A stretch of DNA of 64,000 nt from Malacoraja senta (lineage: Eukaryota): the NCBI GenBank assembly GCA_038087875.1, contig JAXLNO010000438.1:372001-436000 (forward strand). Reading direction: 5' to 3'. Below are positions 38,440 through 51,972 of the stretch, piece after piece. The notes beneath the pieces were generated by a model, which saw only the letters and a program-made list of their open reading frames with translations, was not told where the DNA came from and made no database searches. Positions within the stretch are counted from its first letter, which is position 1, and each line of letters begins with the position of its first letter. Position numbers and translations under genes: made by a program.

Positions 38440-38750
38440 GGGGAACACTGTGGAACAGCTGGGAAAGCTGCTGCCTCACAGCACCATAGACCTGGATACA
38501 ATCCTGACCTCGGGTGCTATCTGTGTGGAGGTTCCACGTTCTTCCCGTGACCGTGTGGGTTTCTTCCGGGTGCTCCGGTTTCCTCCCACATCCCAAAAGA
38601 TGGATGGGTCGGTAGGTTAATTGGCTGCTATAAATTACCCCTAATGTGTCTGGCATGGCTGAGAAAGTGGGATAACATTAAACTAGTGTGAACGATGCAG
38701 TCAGTTGGCTGAAGGATTTTTTTCCATTTTGTATCACTAAACTAAATCAA
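38440..38750 (+). mobile_element. HE1/V-SINE-like element
   Basis: Colinear with 22230-22539. Confidence 0.8.
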
Positions 38751-38769
38751 ACATCTCTTTAACACCCTG

Positions 38770-41043
38770 GATTAAAGATTAAATCCGTGGACTGTCACCT
38801 TGTCGTGGTGGAGAAGCTTGTGTGGTCCTGAGATCCTGAGAGCGATGCCGTCGGGAGCTATGCTCCTGGTAGGGCCACCCATGACGGCATGGTTGAGGGG
38901 GAGGACTCTGACAAAGAGCAATCCAACCAAGACCTCAACGGTGGAACAGGTGGAGGATAATGGCTGACCTTAGTGGAGCATCACTAAGATTATAAAGCAG
39001 GATAGTAAACGCTTCTTTAGGTATGTGAAGAGGAAAAAATGAGTTAAGACCAAAGTTGGACCCTTGAAGACTGAAAAAGGTGAATTTATTATGGGGAACA
39101 AGGAAATGGCAGATGAGTTGAACAGGTACTTTGAATCTGTCTTCACTAAGGAGGACACAAACTATGTTCCTGATATACAAGTGACCAGAGGATCTGGGGT
39201 GATGGAGGAACTGAAGGAAATCCACATTAGGCAGGAAATGGTGTTGAGTTGACTGACTGGACTGAAGGCTGATAAAACCCCAGGGCCTGATGGTCTGCAT
39301 CCCAGGGTACTTAAGGAAGTGGCTCTAGAAATCGTGGACGCATTGGTGATAATTTTCGAATGTTCTATAGATTCAGGATCAGTTCCTGTGGATTGGAGGG
39401 TAGCTAATGTTATCCCACTTTGTAAGAAAGGCAGGAGAGAGAAAACAGGGAATTATAGACCAGTTTGCCTGACATCGGTGGTGGGGAAGATGCTGGAGTC
39501 AATTATAAAAGATGAAATAGCGGCACATTTGGATAGCAGTAACAGGATCGGTCCGAGTCAGCATGGATTTACAAAGGGGAAATCATGCTTGACTAATCGT
39601 CTGGAATTTTTTGAAGATGTAACTAGGAAAATGGACAAGGGAGAGCCAGTAGATGTAGTGTACCTGGACTTTCCGAAAGCATTTGATAAGGTCCCACATA
39701 GGAGATTAGTGGGCAAAATTGGGGCACATGGTATTGGGGGTAGAGTGTTGACATGGATAGAAAATTGGTTGGCAGACAGGAAACAAAGAGTAGGGATTAA
39801 TGGGTCCCTTTCAGAATGGCAGGCAGTGACTAGTGGGGTAACGCAAGGCTCGGTGCTGGGACCGCAGCTATTTACAATATACATCAACGATTTGGATGAA
39901 GGGATTCAAAGTAACATTAGCAAATTTGCAGATAATACAAAGCTGGGTGGCAGTGTGAACTGTGAGGAGGATGCTATGAGAATGCAGGGTGACTTGGACA
40001 GGTTGGGGGAGTGGGCAGATGCATGGCAGATGAAGTTTAATGCGGATAAATGTGAGGTTATCCACTTTGGTAGCAAAAACAGGAAGGCAGATTACTATCT
40101 AAATGGCGTCAAGTTGGGAAAAACAACAGGATCTGGGGGTCCTAGTACATCAGTCTATGAAAGTAAGCATGCAGGTACAGCAGGCAGTGAAGAAAGTGAA
40201 TGGCATGTTGGCCTTTATAACAAGAGGATTCGAATATAGGAGCAAAGAGGTCCTTCTGCAGTTGTACAGAGCCCTAGTGAGACCACACCTGGAGTATTGT
40301 ATGCAGTTTTGGTCCCCTAATTTGAGGAAGGACATTCTTGCTATTGAGGGAGTGCAGCGTAGATTTACAAGGTTAATTCCCGGGATGGCGGGACTGTCAT
40401 ATGCTGAGAGAATGGAGTAGCTGGGCTTGTACACTCTGGAGTTTAGAAGGATGAGAGGGTATCTCATTGAAACATATAAGATTGTTAAGGGCTTGGACAC
40501 ACTAGAGGCAGGAAACATGTTCCCGATGTTGGGGGAGTCCTGAACCAGGGGCCACAGTTTAAGAATAAGGAGTAAGCCATCTAGAACGGAGACGAGGAAA
40601 CACTTTTTCTCACAGAGAGTGGTGAGTCTGTGGAATTCTCTGCCTCAGAGGGCGGTGGAGGCAGGTTCTCTGCATGCTTTCAAGGGAGAGCTTGATAGGG
40701 CTCTTAAAAATAGCGGAGTCAGGGGATATGGGGAGAAGGCAGGAATGGGGTACTGATTGGTGATGATCAGCCATGATCACATTGAATGGCGGTGCTGGCT
40801 CGAAGGGCCAAATTGCCTACTCCTGCACCTATTGTCTATTGTCTATTGTCACAACGGGTGGGAAGGCGGATGAAGGCTGCAGCAGAAAAGGGTCTCCGGT
40901 CTTCTTGGCCTCCATGCCACTGGATCCTCACCCAGATCTGTCAAGGACCATGTGGTGGCTGTCTGTGCACCAGTCTCTCCAAACAAAGTCACGCACCCAG
41001 GAGACACCCATGGTCAGCCATGACCGAAGGGGGCCTTAGAAGA
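38770..41043 (+). mobile_element. Short non-autonomous RTE-type element split by a CR1 insertion
   Basis: RTE/BovB-like 5' UTR (accttgtcgtggtgg..gcttg..agggccaccca..ctgacaaa); 11 bp direct repeat TTAACACCCTG at 38759-38769 and 41044-41054. Confidence 0.75.
38986..40849 (+). mobile_element. 5'-truncated young CR1 LINE (RT + 3' UTR)
   Basis: 306-aa ORF with WRVANVIP, NYRPV.LT, QHGF, YLDF.KAFD, QGSVLGP, FADN; tail (ctattgt)3. Confidence 0.95.
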
Positions 41044-41701
41044 TTAACACCCTGTAATTCAATTTCCAAGCAAGTCAGAATGTGTGCTACCTTGAATGGC
41101 CATTCACAGGGAATTTTATACATTGTCATTATTGTAACTACTGGAGCAGCTGATCGGGTACCAGCCTTCTTTACTACTGACAAATGTTGGCTGAACCCAC
41201 CGGTTATATTAAACATATCCAGTGCACGCAACTAAATAACACAGGGAACAGATTGAATTGATTTTAGACAGGTTTCCTAGGTGAAGACCTCTGGGGGAGG
41301 CTAAAATGGATCACTCAGGTTACACTGCAGAATGAAGCCGGTCGTGATTTTGTTTTGCCATTTACATACGAGCTTCTTCCATTATTGAGAGTGAACATGG
41401 TTGTAGGAAGATGGTCAGGGTTCTCTCCCTCTCATTCAATGCTGATTTAGAAGATCTACCAAGGGGCCATTAGTTGCTCTGGATGATTCAAACAATGGCA
41501 GAAAACCATCAATTTAAATCAAGCAGAACATAATTACCAGTTCATGCTACACCATGGAAAACCCAAAACGATATTGTGTCTGCGTCTCCTGGTGCTATCA
41601 AACTTTTGCATATTATATACTAATGCAAAATTAATGTATCCACATACACATTGTGTGTATCCAATCTATCATAAGAAAGATAAGTAGCATATAAGGAAGT
41701 G

Positions 41702-41823
41702 TCTCGTCCCAAAAAAGCACCTATTCCTTTTCTCCAGAGATACTGACTAATACGCTGAGTTACTCCAGCTTTTTGTGTCTACATTCGGTATAAAGCAGCA
41801 TCTGCAGTTCCTTCCTACATTTT
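41702..41823 (+). mobile_element. Single-arm Penelope-tail repeat
   Basis: cctattccttttctccagaga..ctgagttactccagc; flanked by AGGAAGTG direct repeats (41694-41701, 41824-41831). Confidence 0.7.
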
Positions 41824-42205
41824 AGGAAGTGAACATAGATACAAGTGCAAAAGTTGGTTTAAAGCTCTCAGGTGAGTCCGTTTTTCAGTGATTAGTCACT
41901 CACCGTGTTCCCCACACACATCTCTACCTCACCATGTAGAAAAAAAGCCCAGATAACATTTACACAATGTGTTAATAAAAATGTGGAAGATTTAAGTTTT
42001 AAAACGATGACATTTGCATTGGTATAACTATAGCTTAATTATTTAAGTAAAACTGAGACTTAATGAATATGCATAAATTACTAACCACATTTTGGTGCCT
42101 ACCAAAATAGCTGAAAGCAGGAGCAAAAGAAATCTCCAGTGTGTTGAGGTCCTCATGGAATTGTGTCCATTTTATTGTCTGCTTAACAAGCAAATGGCTT
42201 AGCAG

Positions 42206-42219
42206 CCACTAGAGGGTGT
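42206..42219 (+). promoter_or_regulatory. CTCF-binding motif candidate
   Basis: CCACTAGAGGGTGT; 3' end deviates from consensus. Confidence 0.4.
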
Positions 42220-42382
42220 CGGTGTGCCTATCACCAGGATACAGTGGGAGATCTTCAAGAGTCAAGAGTGTTTTATTGTCATTTGTCCCGAAACAGAACA
42301 GCAGCACAACTGATATGTAAACATGGTACTCTGTAAAGTCTGCAGCAAAATCATTAGAAAGTTAAGTAGTAGATAGGGAAGT

Positions 42383-42555
42383 GTTCCGGTTTCCTCCTAC
42401 ACTCCAAAAACACACAGGTTTGTTGGTTAATTGGTATAATTGCAAATTGTCCCTCGTGTGTGTAGGATAGTGTTAATGTGCGGGGATCGCTGGTCGGCGT
42501 GGACTCGGTGGGCCGAAGGGTCTGTTTCTGCGCTGTATCTCTAAACTAAACTAAA
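42383..42555 (+). mobile_element. V-SINE-like 3' half (similar piece at 48627-48742)
   Basis: tccggtttcctcc..ggttaattgg..gggccgaaggg..(ctaaa)3. Confidence 0.8.
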
Positions 42556-42839
42556 CAGTACAAACAGGTGATGATGTAAACAGGAATCTCTTACCTTGCC
42601 CCATTCTTTACCAGAATGCTACCCTTATGCCTTTCTCCTTCCAGAAAACCAAGAATGGCCAGTTGACATTGTTAAAGTAAAGAAAAGAGAAACACACTGT
42701 CAATTGATCCGATGTTCCCAGCCACCAGCTCAGATACTTAACTTTACCAATCCTAGTGGTTTGAGTTGCAATTTACGCACTGTGAGCTAATGTGTTCATA
42801 GTTTGCGACCAGAGAACAGCCCAGGGAGTTTGGCAGTGG

Positions 42840-44020
42840 TGGTGGAGATGCAATGGCAAAGATTTAAAGACCACATGGATGAAGTCCAAAAATTGTTCAT
42901 CTCTGTCTGGCGAACAAATAAAAAGGGGAAGGCGGCTCAATCGTGGCTAAGGATAGTGTTAAATTCAAGGAAAAGGCATATAAATTGGCCAGAGGAAGCA
43001 GCAAACTGGAGGACTGGGAGAAATTTAGAACTCAACAGTGGACAAATGGGTTCATTTGTCTGATTGTGGACTTTGGAAGAGGTAGGATGGGGACCCACAG
43101 TCCAGTTTATATCAACGGGTCGATGGTGGAAAGGGACAAGAGCTTTAAATTCCTGGGCATGCACATCTCTGAAGATCGCTCCTGGTCCGAGAACACTGAT
43201 GCAATTATAAAGAACGCACATCAGCGCCTCTACTTCCTGAGAAGATTACGGAGAGTCGGTATGTCAAGGAGGACTCTCTCTAACTTCTACAGGTGCACAG
43301 TAGAGAGCATGCTGACCGGTTGCATCGTGGCTTGGTTCGGCAACTTGAGCGCCCTGGAGAGGAAAAGACTACAAAGAGTAGTAAACACTGCCCAGTCCAT
43401 CATCGGCTCTGACCTCCCTACCATCGAGGAGATCTATCGCAGTCGCTGCCTCAAAAGGGCTGGCAGCATCATCAAGGACCCACACCATCCTGGCCACACA
43501 CTCATCTCCCCGCTACCTTCAGGTAGAAGGCACAGGAGCCTGAAGACTGCAACGTCCAGGTTCAGGAATAGCTGCTTCCCCACAGCCATCAGGCTATTAA
43601 ACTCAACTCAAACAAAACTCTGACCATTAATAGCCCATTATCTGTTTATTTACACGTTATCTGTTTATTTATTCATGTGTGTATATATTTATATAATGGT
43701 ATATGGACACACTGATCTGTTCTGTATTCATGCCTACTATATTCTGTTGTGCTGAAGCAAAGCAAGAATTTCATTGCCCTATCTGGGACACATGACAATA
43801 AACTCTCTTGAATCTTGAATCTTGAATTAAGAGGGGGGGGGGGGGGGGAAAGAACATGAAAGAAAGCTTGTGGGTAATTTAAAAAACGGACTCTAAAAGC
43901 TTCTTTAGATATGTAAAAAGGAAAAGATTAGTGAAGACAAATGTAGGTCCCTTACAATCAATGACAGGTGAATTTATAATGGGAAACAAGGAAATGGCAG
44001 AACAGATAAACGAGTACTTC
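42840..44020 (+). mobile_element. CR1 ORF2 fragment interrupted by a Rex1 3' fragment
   Basis: KDSVKFKEKAYKLA..EDWEKFR continues after 43827 as KSFFRYVKRKRLVKTNVGPL..GNKEMAE. Confidence 0.8.
43060..43827 (+). mobile_element. Rex1/Babar LINE 3' fragment
   Basis: LIVDF..FKFLG..QRLYFLRRLR..FYRCTVESML..LPSGRR..FRNS.FP.AIRLLN; tail aataaa + (cttgaat)3. Confidence 0.9.
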
Positions 44021-44022
44021 AA

Positions 44023-47000
44023 AATCATAATCATAATAGTTTATTAGCCAAGTATGTTTTGCAACATATGAGGAATTTGATTTGCCATACAGTCATACCA
44101 ATAAAGAGCAACAAGCCACCCAAATACATTTTTAACATGAACATCCACCACAGCGACTCCCCCACATTCCTCACTGTGATGGAAGGCAAAAAAAGTTCAA
44201 TCTTCTTCCCGTCTTTGTCGGGGGCCTCAAACCTTCCGTTGATGGGGCGATCTTGGCTCCCGCAGCCGGCGGTCAAGCCCTCCGCGTCGGGGCGATCAAG
44301 CTCCCGTTTTGGGGGGATCTCAGCTCCCCTGCGCCGGGTGATCGGACCCCGGGTCAGGACTGGTTGATCCTCCTGTGACTCTGGAGCTTCCCGATATTAG
44401 TCACTACCCAAGACTGCGAGTTCCTCGATGTTGCAATCCACAGGCCGCGGTTGGAGCATCGATCCCAGGCAAGGGATAGCAGGCTCCGAAGGTAAGTCCA
44501 CGGCCCTGCCGTGAGGCTCAAAGTCAGTCTCGAGCAAGGCCGCCAGCTCCATTATGTTAGACGTCAGAGCGACCAGAGAAACGATCGGGAAAACATCAAG
44601 GTGCAGAGTTAAGTAGGGTGACAGCCGCAGGGGATAAGCTGTTCCTGAACCTGCTGGTCCGGGAACGGAGAGACCTGTAGCGCCTCCCAGATGGGAGGAG
44701 AGTAAACAGTCTGTGGTTGGGGTCATTTTTGGTCACTTTGACAATGCGCGCCCTTCGCAGACATCGCTTGCTCTGGACAGCCTCAATGGAGGGGAGTGAG
44801 GAACTGGTGATGTGTCGGGCAGTTTTCACTACCCTCTGCAGTGCTTCCCGGTCGGAGACAGAGCAGGTGCCATACCATACTGTTATACAGTTGGTAAGGA
44901 TGCTCTCGATGGTGCAGCGGTAGAAGTTCTGCAGAATCTTAGGAGAAAGATGGACCTTCTTTAGTCTCCTCAGGAAGAAGAGATGCTGGTGAGCCTTCTT
45001 GATCAGAGTTGAGGTAATGTGGGTCCAAGAGAGGTCTTCAGAGATGTTGACACCCAGAAACTTGAAGCTGGCAACATGCTCCACCTCCGTCCCGTTGATA
45101 TGGATGGGGGTGTGTGTGGCAGTAGTCCACAATGAGCTCCTTGGTCTTCTTGGTGTTAAGGGCCAGGTTGTTGTCGGCGCACCATGCTGCTAGGAGCTGG
45201 ACCTCCTCCCTGTAGGCTGACTCATCGTTGTCACTGATGAGGCCAATCACCATTGTGTCATCTGCAAATTTGATAATGGTGTTGGAACCATGTACAGGTG
45301 TGCAGTTGTAGGTGAAGAGGGAGTAGAGGAGAGGGCTCAGCACACAGCCCTGTGGAACGCCGGTGTTCAAGGTGAGGGTTGAGGAGATGTGGTTGTCTAA
45401 CCTAACAGACTGGGGTCTGTTGGTTAGAAAGTCCAATATCCAGTTGCAGAGGGAGGGTTTGATGCCCAGGTCATTGAGATTGGTGATCAGTTTGGAGGGG
45501 ATGATGGTGTTGAATGCTGAGCTGGTCGATGAACAGCATCCTCACGTAGGTATCTCTGTTGTCAAGGTGGGAGAGGGTGGAGTGAAGTGCCATGGAGATG
45601 GCATCCTCCGTAATCCTATTCTGGCGGTAGGCGAACTGGTGAGGGTCCGGTGTGGGAGGTAGGCAGCCTTTGAGGTGAACCAGGACCATCCTCTCGAAGC
45701 ACTTAATGATGATGGGGTAAGTGCAACTGGGCGGATGTTGTTGGGGCTCGCTGCAGTGGAGTGTTTTGGCACCGGCACCATGGAGGTGGTTTTGAGGCGC
45801 ATGGGGACAGCTGCTTGGGCAAGTGACAGGTTGAAGATGTCAGTCCAGACATCTGACAGCTGCGCAGCACAGGCCCCGAGGACGCGCCCGGGGATGCTGT
45901 CAGGGCCAGCAGCCTTCCGTGCATTAGTCCTGCTAAGTGCCGCACACACGTCGATGGGGGAGAGTGCGAGGAGCTGGTGATCTGCAGGGAGCACAGACTT
46001 GATGTCCATCTCTTGATTGTCCCTGTCAAAGCGGCCATAAAAAGTGGTTAAGCTCCTCAAGGAAGGAGGCGTCGCTGGATGTGGGGGTGGTGTTGGTGGG
46101 TTGGATGGCTTGGATGCCTTGCCACATGCGTCTGGGGTCGGAGTTGTTCTTGAAGTGCTCCTCGATCCTTAGCTTGTAGCTGTGCTTGGCCTTCTTGATG
46201 CCCCTCTTCAGGTTAGCCCTGGATGAACTGTAGGCCCGAGCATCGCCTGAACTGAAAGTGGTGTCATGTGCCTTCAGACCTCTCTGTTCATCCATGGCTT
46301 CTGATTCGGGAATGTGGTAATCCGTTTGAGGGTGGTGACACTGTTAATGTTGGAGTTGATAAAGTCCAAAACGGAGGAGATATAAGAGTCAATGTCCATG
46401 TGGGAGTCAAGGGTGGCCTGAGCTGCAAACACACTCCAGTCAGCTCTCTCTGGCCAAACTTTAACTGTCCTCACTGTGGGTTTCACACGTCTGATGAGTG
46501 GAGAGTACTTGGGGAGCAGGAACAATGAGAGGTGATCAGACTGTCCAAGGTGGGGGAGGGGGACGGCTTTGTAGGCCTCAGCCATGTTGGTATAAACTTT
46601 GTCCCGTATCTTGTCTTCTCTAGTGGCGAAGGAGATATGTTGGTGGAATGTGGGGAGTACAGTCTTCAAGTTGGAGTGGTTGAAGTCACCCGCAACAATG
46701 AAGGCTGCCTCGGGGTTGAGAGTCTGTTGTTTGCTAATGGCAGTATGCAGGTCTTTCATTGCAAGCTTAGCATTAGCATCCGGAGGAATATAGGCTGCAG
46801 TCACAACAGTAGATGTAAACTCTCTGGGCAGATAGAACGGTCTGCATTTAACCATGAGCAACTCCAGGTTAGCTGAGCAGCGACTCTCGATGATGGTGGT
46901 GTCCATGCACCATGCTTTGTTTACATAAATGCACAGACCCCCACCACTGGTCTTACCGAAGTCTTAGCTCGTTGGTGCTATCAGGAACGTCGTTGTTGAG

Positions 47001-47467
47001 CCATGTTTCCATGTAAATCATGATGTTGCAGCCCTTAATCCAATTGTGGGTGGTAATCCGCAGCCGGAGTTCATCCATTTTGTTTGCCAGTGATCATACG
47101 TTGGCGAGGAAAAGGCTAGGAATTGATAGCGTGTGTGGAGTTAACTTTAGCCTAGCCCTTAAGCCACCTCGGCATCCGCGGCAGTGTTTACGGTTTGCGC
47201 CGCCGTCTATGGGCGCTTCCGGTCGGCTGAGCTGGGTTGGTACGCTTCACTGTTCTGGCTAGTTCAGGAGTGAGATGGAGTTCGCCGAAAAAGTTGTCAG
47301 AGTTGCAGGTACCGATGTTCAAAAGTTCCTGTCAGCTGTACGATATGTACGCAAGACTGTACTGAGTGAACAGACTTGAGACAAATAAGCAAGTTTACTG
47401 TTAATTCACAGATTCTGGTGAGACACAGGGCGTCACAATGTGCTCACACCATCTAGAAACGCCATCT
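44023..47467 (-). mobile_element. Near full-length Rex1/Babar LINE (APE + RT, frameshifted)
   Basis: 5' agatggcg; [54 protein letters not shown]; ~570 bp 3' UTR ending aataaa + (attatg)n. Confidence 0.93.
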
Positions 47468-47827
47468 GTGGCCCCTGGTTCTGGACAACATTGGGAACAT
47501 TTTTCCTGCATCTAGCTTGTCCAGTCCTTTTATAACTGTATATGTTTCTATAAGGTCCCCCCTCATCCTTCTATACTCCAGTGAATACAAGCCTAGTCTT
47601 TCCAATCTTTCCTCATATGACAGTCCCGCCATCCAAGGGATCAATCTCGTGAACCTACGCTGCACTGCCTCAATCACAAGGATGTCCTTCCTCAAATTAG
47701 GAGACCAAAACTGTACACAATACTCCAGATGTGGTCTCACCAGAGCCCTATACATCTGCAGAAGAACCTCTTTACTCCTATATTGAAATCCTCTTGTTAT
47801 GAAGGCCAACATTCCATTAGCTTTCTT
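47468..47827 (-). mobile_element. CR1 ORF2 C-terminal fragment abutting the gap
   Basis: MLAFITRG..RPHLEYCVQFW..RGDLIETY..RTRGH. Confidence 0.9.
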
Positions 47828-48027
47828 NNNNNNNNNNNNNNNNNNNNNNNNNNNNNNNNNNNNNNNNNNNNNNNNNNNNNNNNNNNNNNNNNNNNNNNNN
47901 NNNNNNNNNNNNNNNNNNNNNNNNNNNNNNNNNNNNNNNNNNNNNNNNNNNNNNNNNNNNNNNNNNNNNNNNNNNNNNNNNNNNNNNNNNNNNNNNNNNN
48001 NNNNNNNNNNNNNNNNNNNNNNNNNNN
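47828..48027. other. Assembly gap (200 N)
   Basis: Run of N; true size unknown. Confidence 1.
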
Positions 48028-48214
48028 AGTCAAGACTAAAAACGTATCTATACTCCCAAGCCTTTCTTGACGTCCACTGAGCGAGGGCTATATGTTATAT
48101 GTATGTAGTTTGTTTGTTTATACTATTATTATAACAAATGTGAAGCACTTTGGCCAACGAGAGTTGTTTTTTAAATGTGCTATATAAATAAATGTGACTT
48201 GACTTGACTTGACT
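48028..48214 (+). mobile_element. L2 3' end
   Basis: Same family as 15857-16312; (tgact)4 tail. Confidence 0.85.
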
Positions 48215-51200
48215 CTGTTTTTTTTTAGCTCCAGGTAACATTACTGTTGGCAAATTCCTGTACCAGTGAGCATTTGCATGGTGTGCCCCAACGCTTTCCC
48301 ATTATGGTGGCAGGTTTACTTTCATGACGTAAAATTCTGATAAACCGGCATCTGATTGTTCAGAATTATTGAAAGCCTGGCATCCGTCTCCCTCGTTAGT
48401 TTGCGATGTGAGACAAGCGGATGAGGGTGTAAGAGGATGAGCGACCAGAGCTGTGTGTCAGGTCGAAAACACGAGGGGTCAGGAACATGTGTGTAGCTTT
48501 GTGGCCAGAGCCAGGGTCAAGAGATCTTATATACTTCCTGCTCCCTATAAACTCAATGGGTTCAATTGAATTGTATCATACTGCTGTGTATCACATAGAA
48601 AAACATGAAATAAAAGTGTGTTTGTAAATGTAAATTGTCCCTAGTGTGTGTAGGATAGTGTTAATATGCGGGGATCGCTGGTCGGCGTGGACCCAGTGGG
48701 TCGAAGGGCCTGTTTCCGTGTTGTATCTCTAATCTAAACTAAAAACATAATCCAAAGTATCAAGGATGCTGGGTTATACCACATCTTTGGATACTTTATT
48801 TGAAACAAGTTGATGCATACAGTGCCTAATGCCAACTTTTGCCCTATTATTCATATTTTAAAAAGCAATTAGCAAATGATGGGGATTGGATGGGAAAATA
48901 CTTTTCACTGCAAATAAAACTTAATTATGAGATATTACTTTTTGTTATAAATCGGCCTGACAACAGTGGAGCCAAAATGAGTGAAGAAATGAATTTGTAC
49001 AGAAAGCAGTATTTTATGTCAAACAAAAAACTATTTGTATTTGGTAATTTGATTAGATTGTGAAACTTAGTGAATCTAGAATAAATGAAAGAGCAATAAA
49101 TTGTTCTCAGCTGGTTAAGATATAACAAACACACTAAATGGCACAGGATAGGTCTCAAAAAGACTTTATATACCTGATCATGTGAGCAACATGGGAAGCA
49201 TTTGGTCACAGAACTGAGGAATGTTACAATTATGCAACTGTTTACAACAGCAACAAAACTGCGTTGTTTTTCTTTAAAACCCAGTATACATAGTGAAGCA
49301 GTCTACTGTGAAACTGTACAATATGTATTTATTAAGAACCAGAATCAACATAATGTTTATCTTTACAAAAGGTTTCAGGAACATATTTTTTGAAATGCTT
49401 TCATAAAATTAACCCACAACAAAAGGGATGAGAAAAAGAACTTTTATCTGATACTCCCTTTGAGAAACTTGTATGAACTCACTTGTTTTCATTGTTAAAT
49501 TCCAGATGGGAATCAATTTTTAATTTATCAAAATATTTTGAGCAATTTTCATCCTGACATTACCTTGGTTATTTTTAATCACCATTCTGTATAAAAATAA
49601 CATGGGTCATGTATTGTCAGGTTCAGCTAGGCAAATGAACATCAGAAATATTGACAAGTTATGCTTTTAGTAAAGGGAATATCCATAAAATTTGCTCTTT
49701 CCTAATTAACAAATATAAAAACACAAGTTCATTGAAACAAAGCATCTTTCTAGCTCCTATAAAAAAGCTCAGAAAATATCTTCAAATAATGGGCAGGATT
49801 TTAACCTAATTTGTGGCAATGACAAGCAATTAATATATATATTGGTCAATTGAGATATTAAGGTGCTAAAAAGCTGCGTGTAATTTATAGCTTGGTGTGA
49901 TCAAATCAAGGGATAATAAATAACTTACCATACCAGCTTACATCAACATTTTTTTCCCAACAGCCACATAAACTTTATTGCAGGATTTTCCCAGTATATG
50001 CAAGAAAAGTTGTGAGCTCTGATTATTATTGTTAGCCTACTTTAGGAATTAAGTCAAATCTTGCCACAGATAATTAAATAATTGGCTGATGCCCAATCAA
50101 GATCTACATTACCACCATCAGAAGGTTAAAATTGGGACCATTATATTTTGAGTGCAAGAGAGATGCCAAAACTGCTTACAAATTAATGCTGGTGCCTTGA
50201 TTTAAAAAAAAACGAAGTTACAATGTTTCTGAAAACAGACGGAAACCAAGAAAGCGATGCAGATAGTGGAAATCCAGATAGATAATAACTTGAAACTTGG
50301 AGGATTGAGAACAAAACATAGCTGAGAATTGTTCAATCAAATCGATGCCCTGTTTCTTTATATCTTACCTCAGCTTAAACACACTGTGAAGCGTATCTTG
50401 TGAAGAGTTGACAGCAGTATACCATAGTTAAACACTGTCATCTTTGGCCTGTACAAGGTTACATTCCAACAGTTGTACTGGTTTTACATTGGAACGCTGG
50501 CCTTATTCATGTGGTAACACATTAATCAGAGAAATGATGAACAAGCATGAACAAACAGTTGTTTTAATGAAAAATCTATGTCAATCAGTGGGAAACGTTG
50601 TTTTTAGGAGGCAGCCAGATTTACAATCCAAGCCATTTCTGATGGCCACTCACAGGAAACCAGTTTTATTTAAATATACACAACAAGATTCTGATAACTT
50701 AAACTATGTTTAACCACACAAATGCCACAGTTCTCACTGTTCCCCTCACTAACCCCTTGCTGTTCCACTTGTCACATTCTAGAGTTTCTTTCCATCTTAC
50801 CAATGACATCAACATCATCAAAATTCATTTAAAAAGTAAAGACTCCTTCTTATTGTTATGTAGTAACAGTTGAAACAAGTATCAACCACTATTTAGATCC
50901 CAGGGAGACCCTGAGACAGGTATTACGTACCATGGTTTCACAGTACTGCAGCCTACATCTGATTAAGTCCCATTTCTCCACCCATCGAGATTAGAAAGTT
51001 AACACCATTAGCATTAGGACCTTATGGACAGCAGAAAACCTCACAGGGCAGAAGCCAATTCCATGGCTTAGGTCTGTAAATGTGGCTGGGACAGCTGGCA
51101 TACGGAGTACACGGGTTGCCTAATGAAACTGCAGCTCACCCCGTGGGAATGTGGGGTGGCTAGTGTGCAGAAAGGCCAGATGGAAGTGTTGTGTAGGCTG

Positions 51201-51315
51201 GATGTGACCTAAGCCCGCATGTGGTACACCACGGATTCAAGCCCTAACTTTAAATAGTCAGTAATTTATAAAATGAGCAACAGCGTTAACAGATTCTGAA
51301 CAGGCAAGGATAACT

Positions 51316-51476
51316 GTGCAGGAAAGAACTGCAGATGCAGGTTTAAACCGAAGATAGACACAAAATGCTGAGTAACTCAGCGGGGCAGGCAGCATCTCTG
51401 GGGAGTAGGGCATTCCTTCCCTCCAGAGATATTGCCTGTCATGCTGAGTTACTCCAGCATTTTGCGTCTATCTGTT
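51316..51476. mobile_element. Fold-back Penelope-tail element
   Basis: Inverted arms across 51352-51473; flanked by aggcaaggataact / aggcaaggacagct. Confidence 0.8.
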
Positions 51477-51531
51477 AGGCAAGGACAGCTCCTTGATCAA
51501 TCCTCAAAATGCTTGTAATGTATGGAGCATA

Positions 51532-51545
51532 ACACTAGGGGGCAG
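51532..51545 (+). promoter_or_regulatory. CTCF-binding motif candidate
   Basis: ACACTAGGGGGCAG; one mismatch to CCACTAGGGGGCAG. Confidence 0.5.
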
Positions 51546-51882
51546 CAGTAGGGAGCAATAGTGGCAGAATTAATCCTTGTGTGGTAAATGAGGAACTGAA
51601 AACTAGTCTAGGTACCTACTCATCTAAAAAAACAGTATAGGTTTGGGGAGGAGGCTGAATTCCACTTAGCTGTAATAAAGAAGAAAATGATGGAAATAGA
51701 AAAGATCGGCGACCTGACACGTTAACTGTTTCTCACATAGGCTGCTTGATCTGCTGGATATTTCCAGCATTTTCTGCACCATTTCAGATTTCTGTGGTAT
51801 TTTGCTCTCATGCTTAGCTCTAATGTTTTCACTGTCATAAAATCTGGCACTTGCCCCGTCAGCCCCTGCAGTGTGAAAGATG

Positions 51883-51885
<3 letters not shown>

Positions 51886-51972
<87 letters not shown>

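Noticed and set aside
8591..40518. Recurrent antisense ORFs over CR1 copies (e.g. 8591-9046, 31869-32252, 39558-39887)
   Set aside because: Shadows of the CR1 ORF2 codon pattern repeated in each copy.
47729..48080. ORFs containing poly-X
   Set aside because: Artefacts of the N gap.
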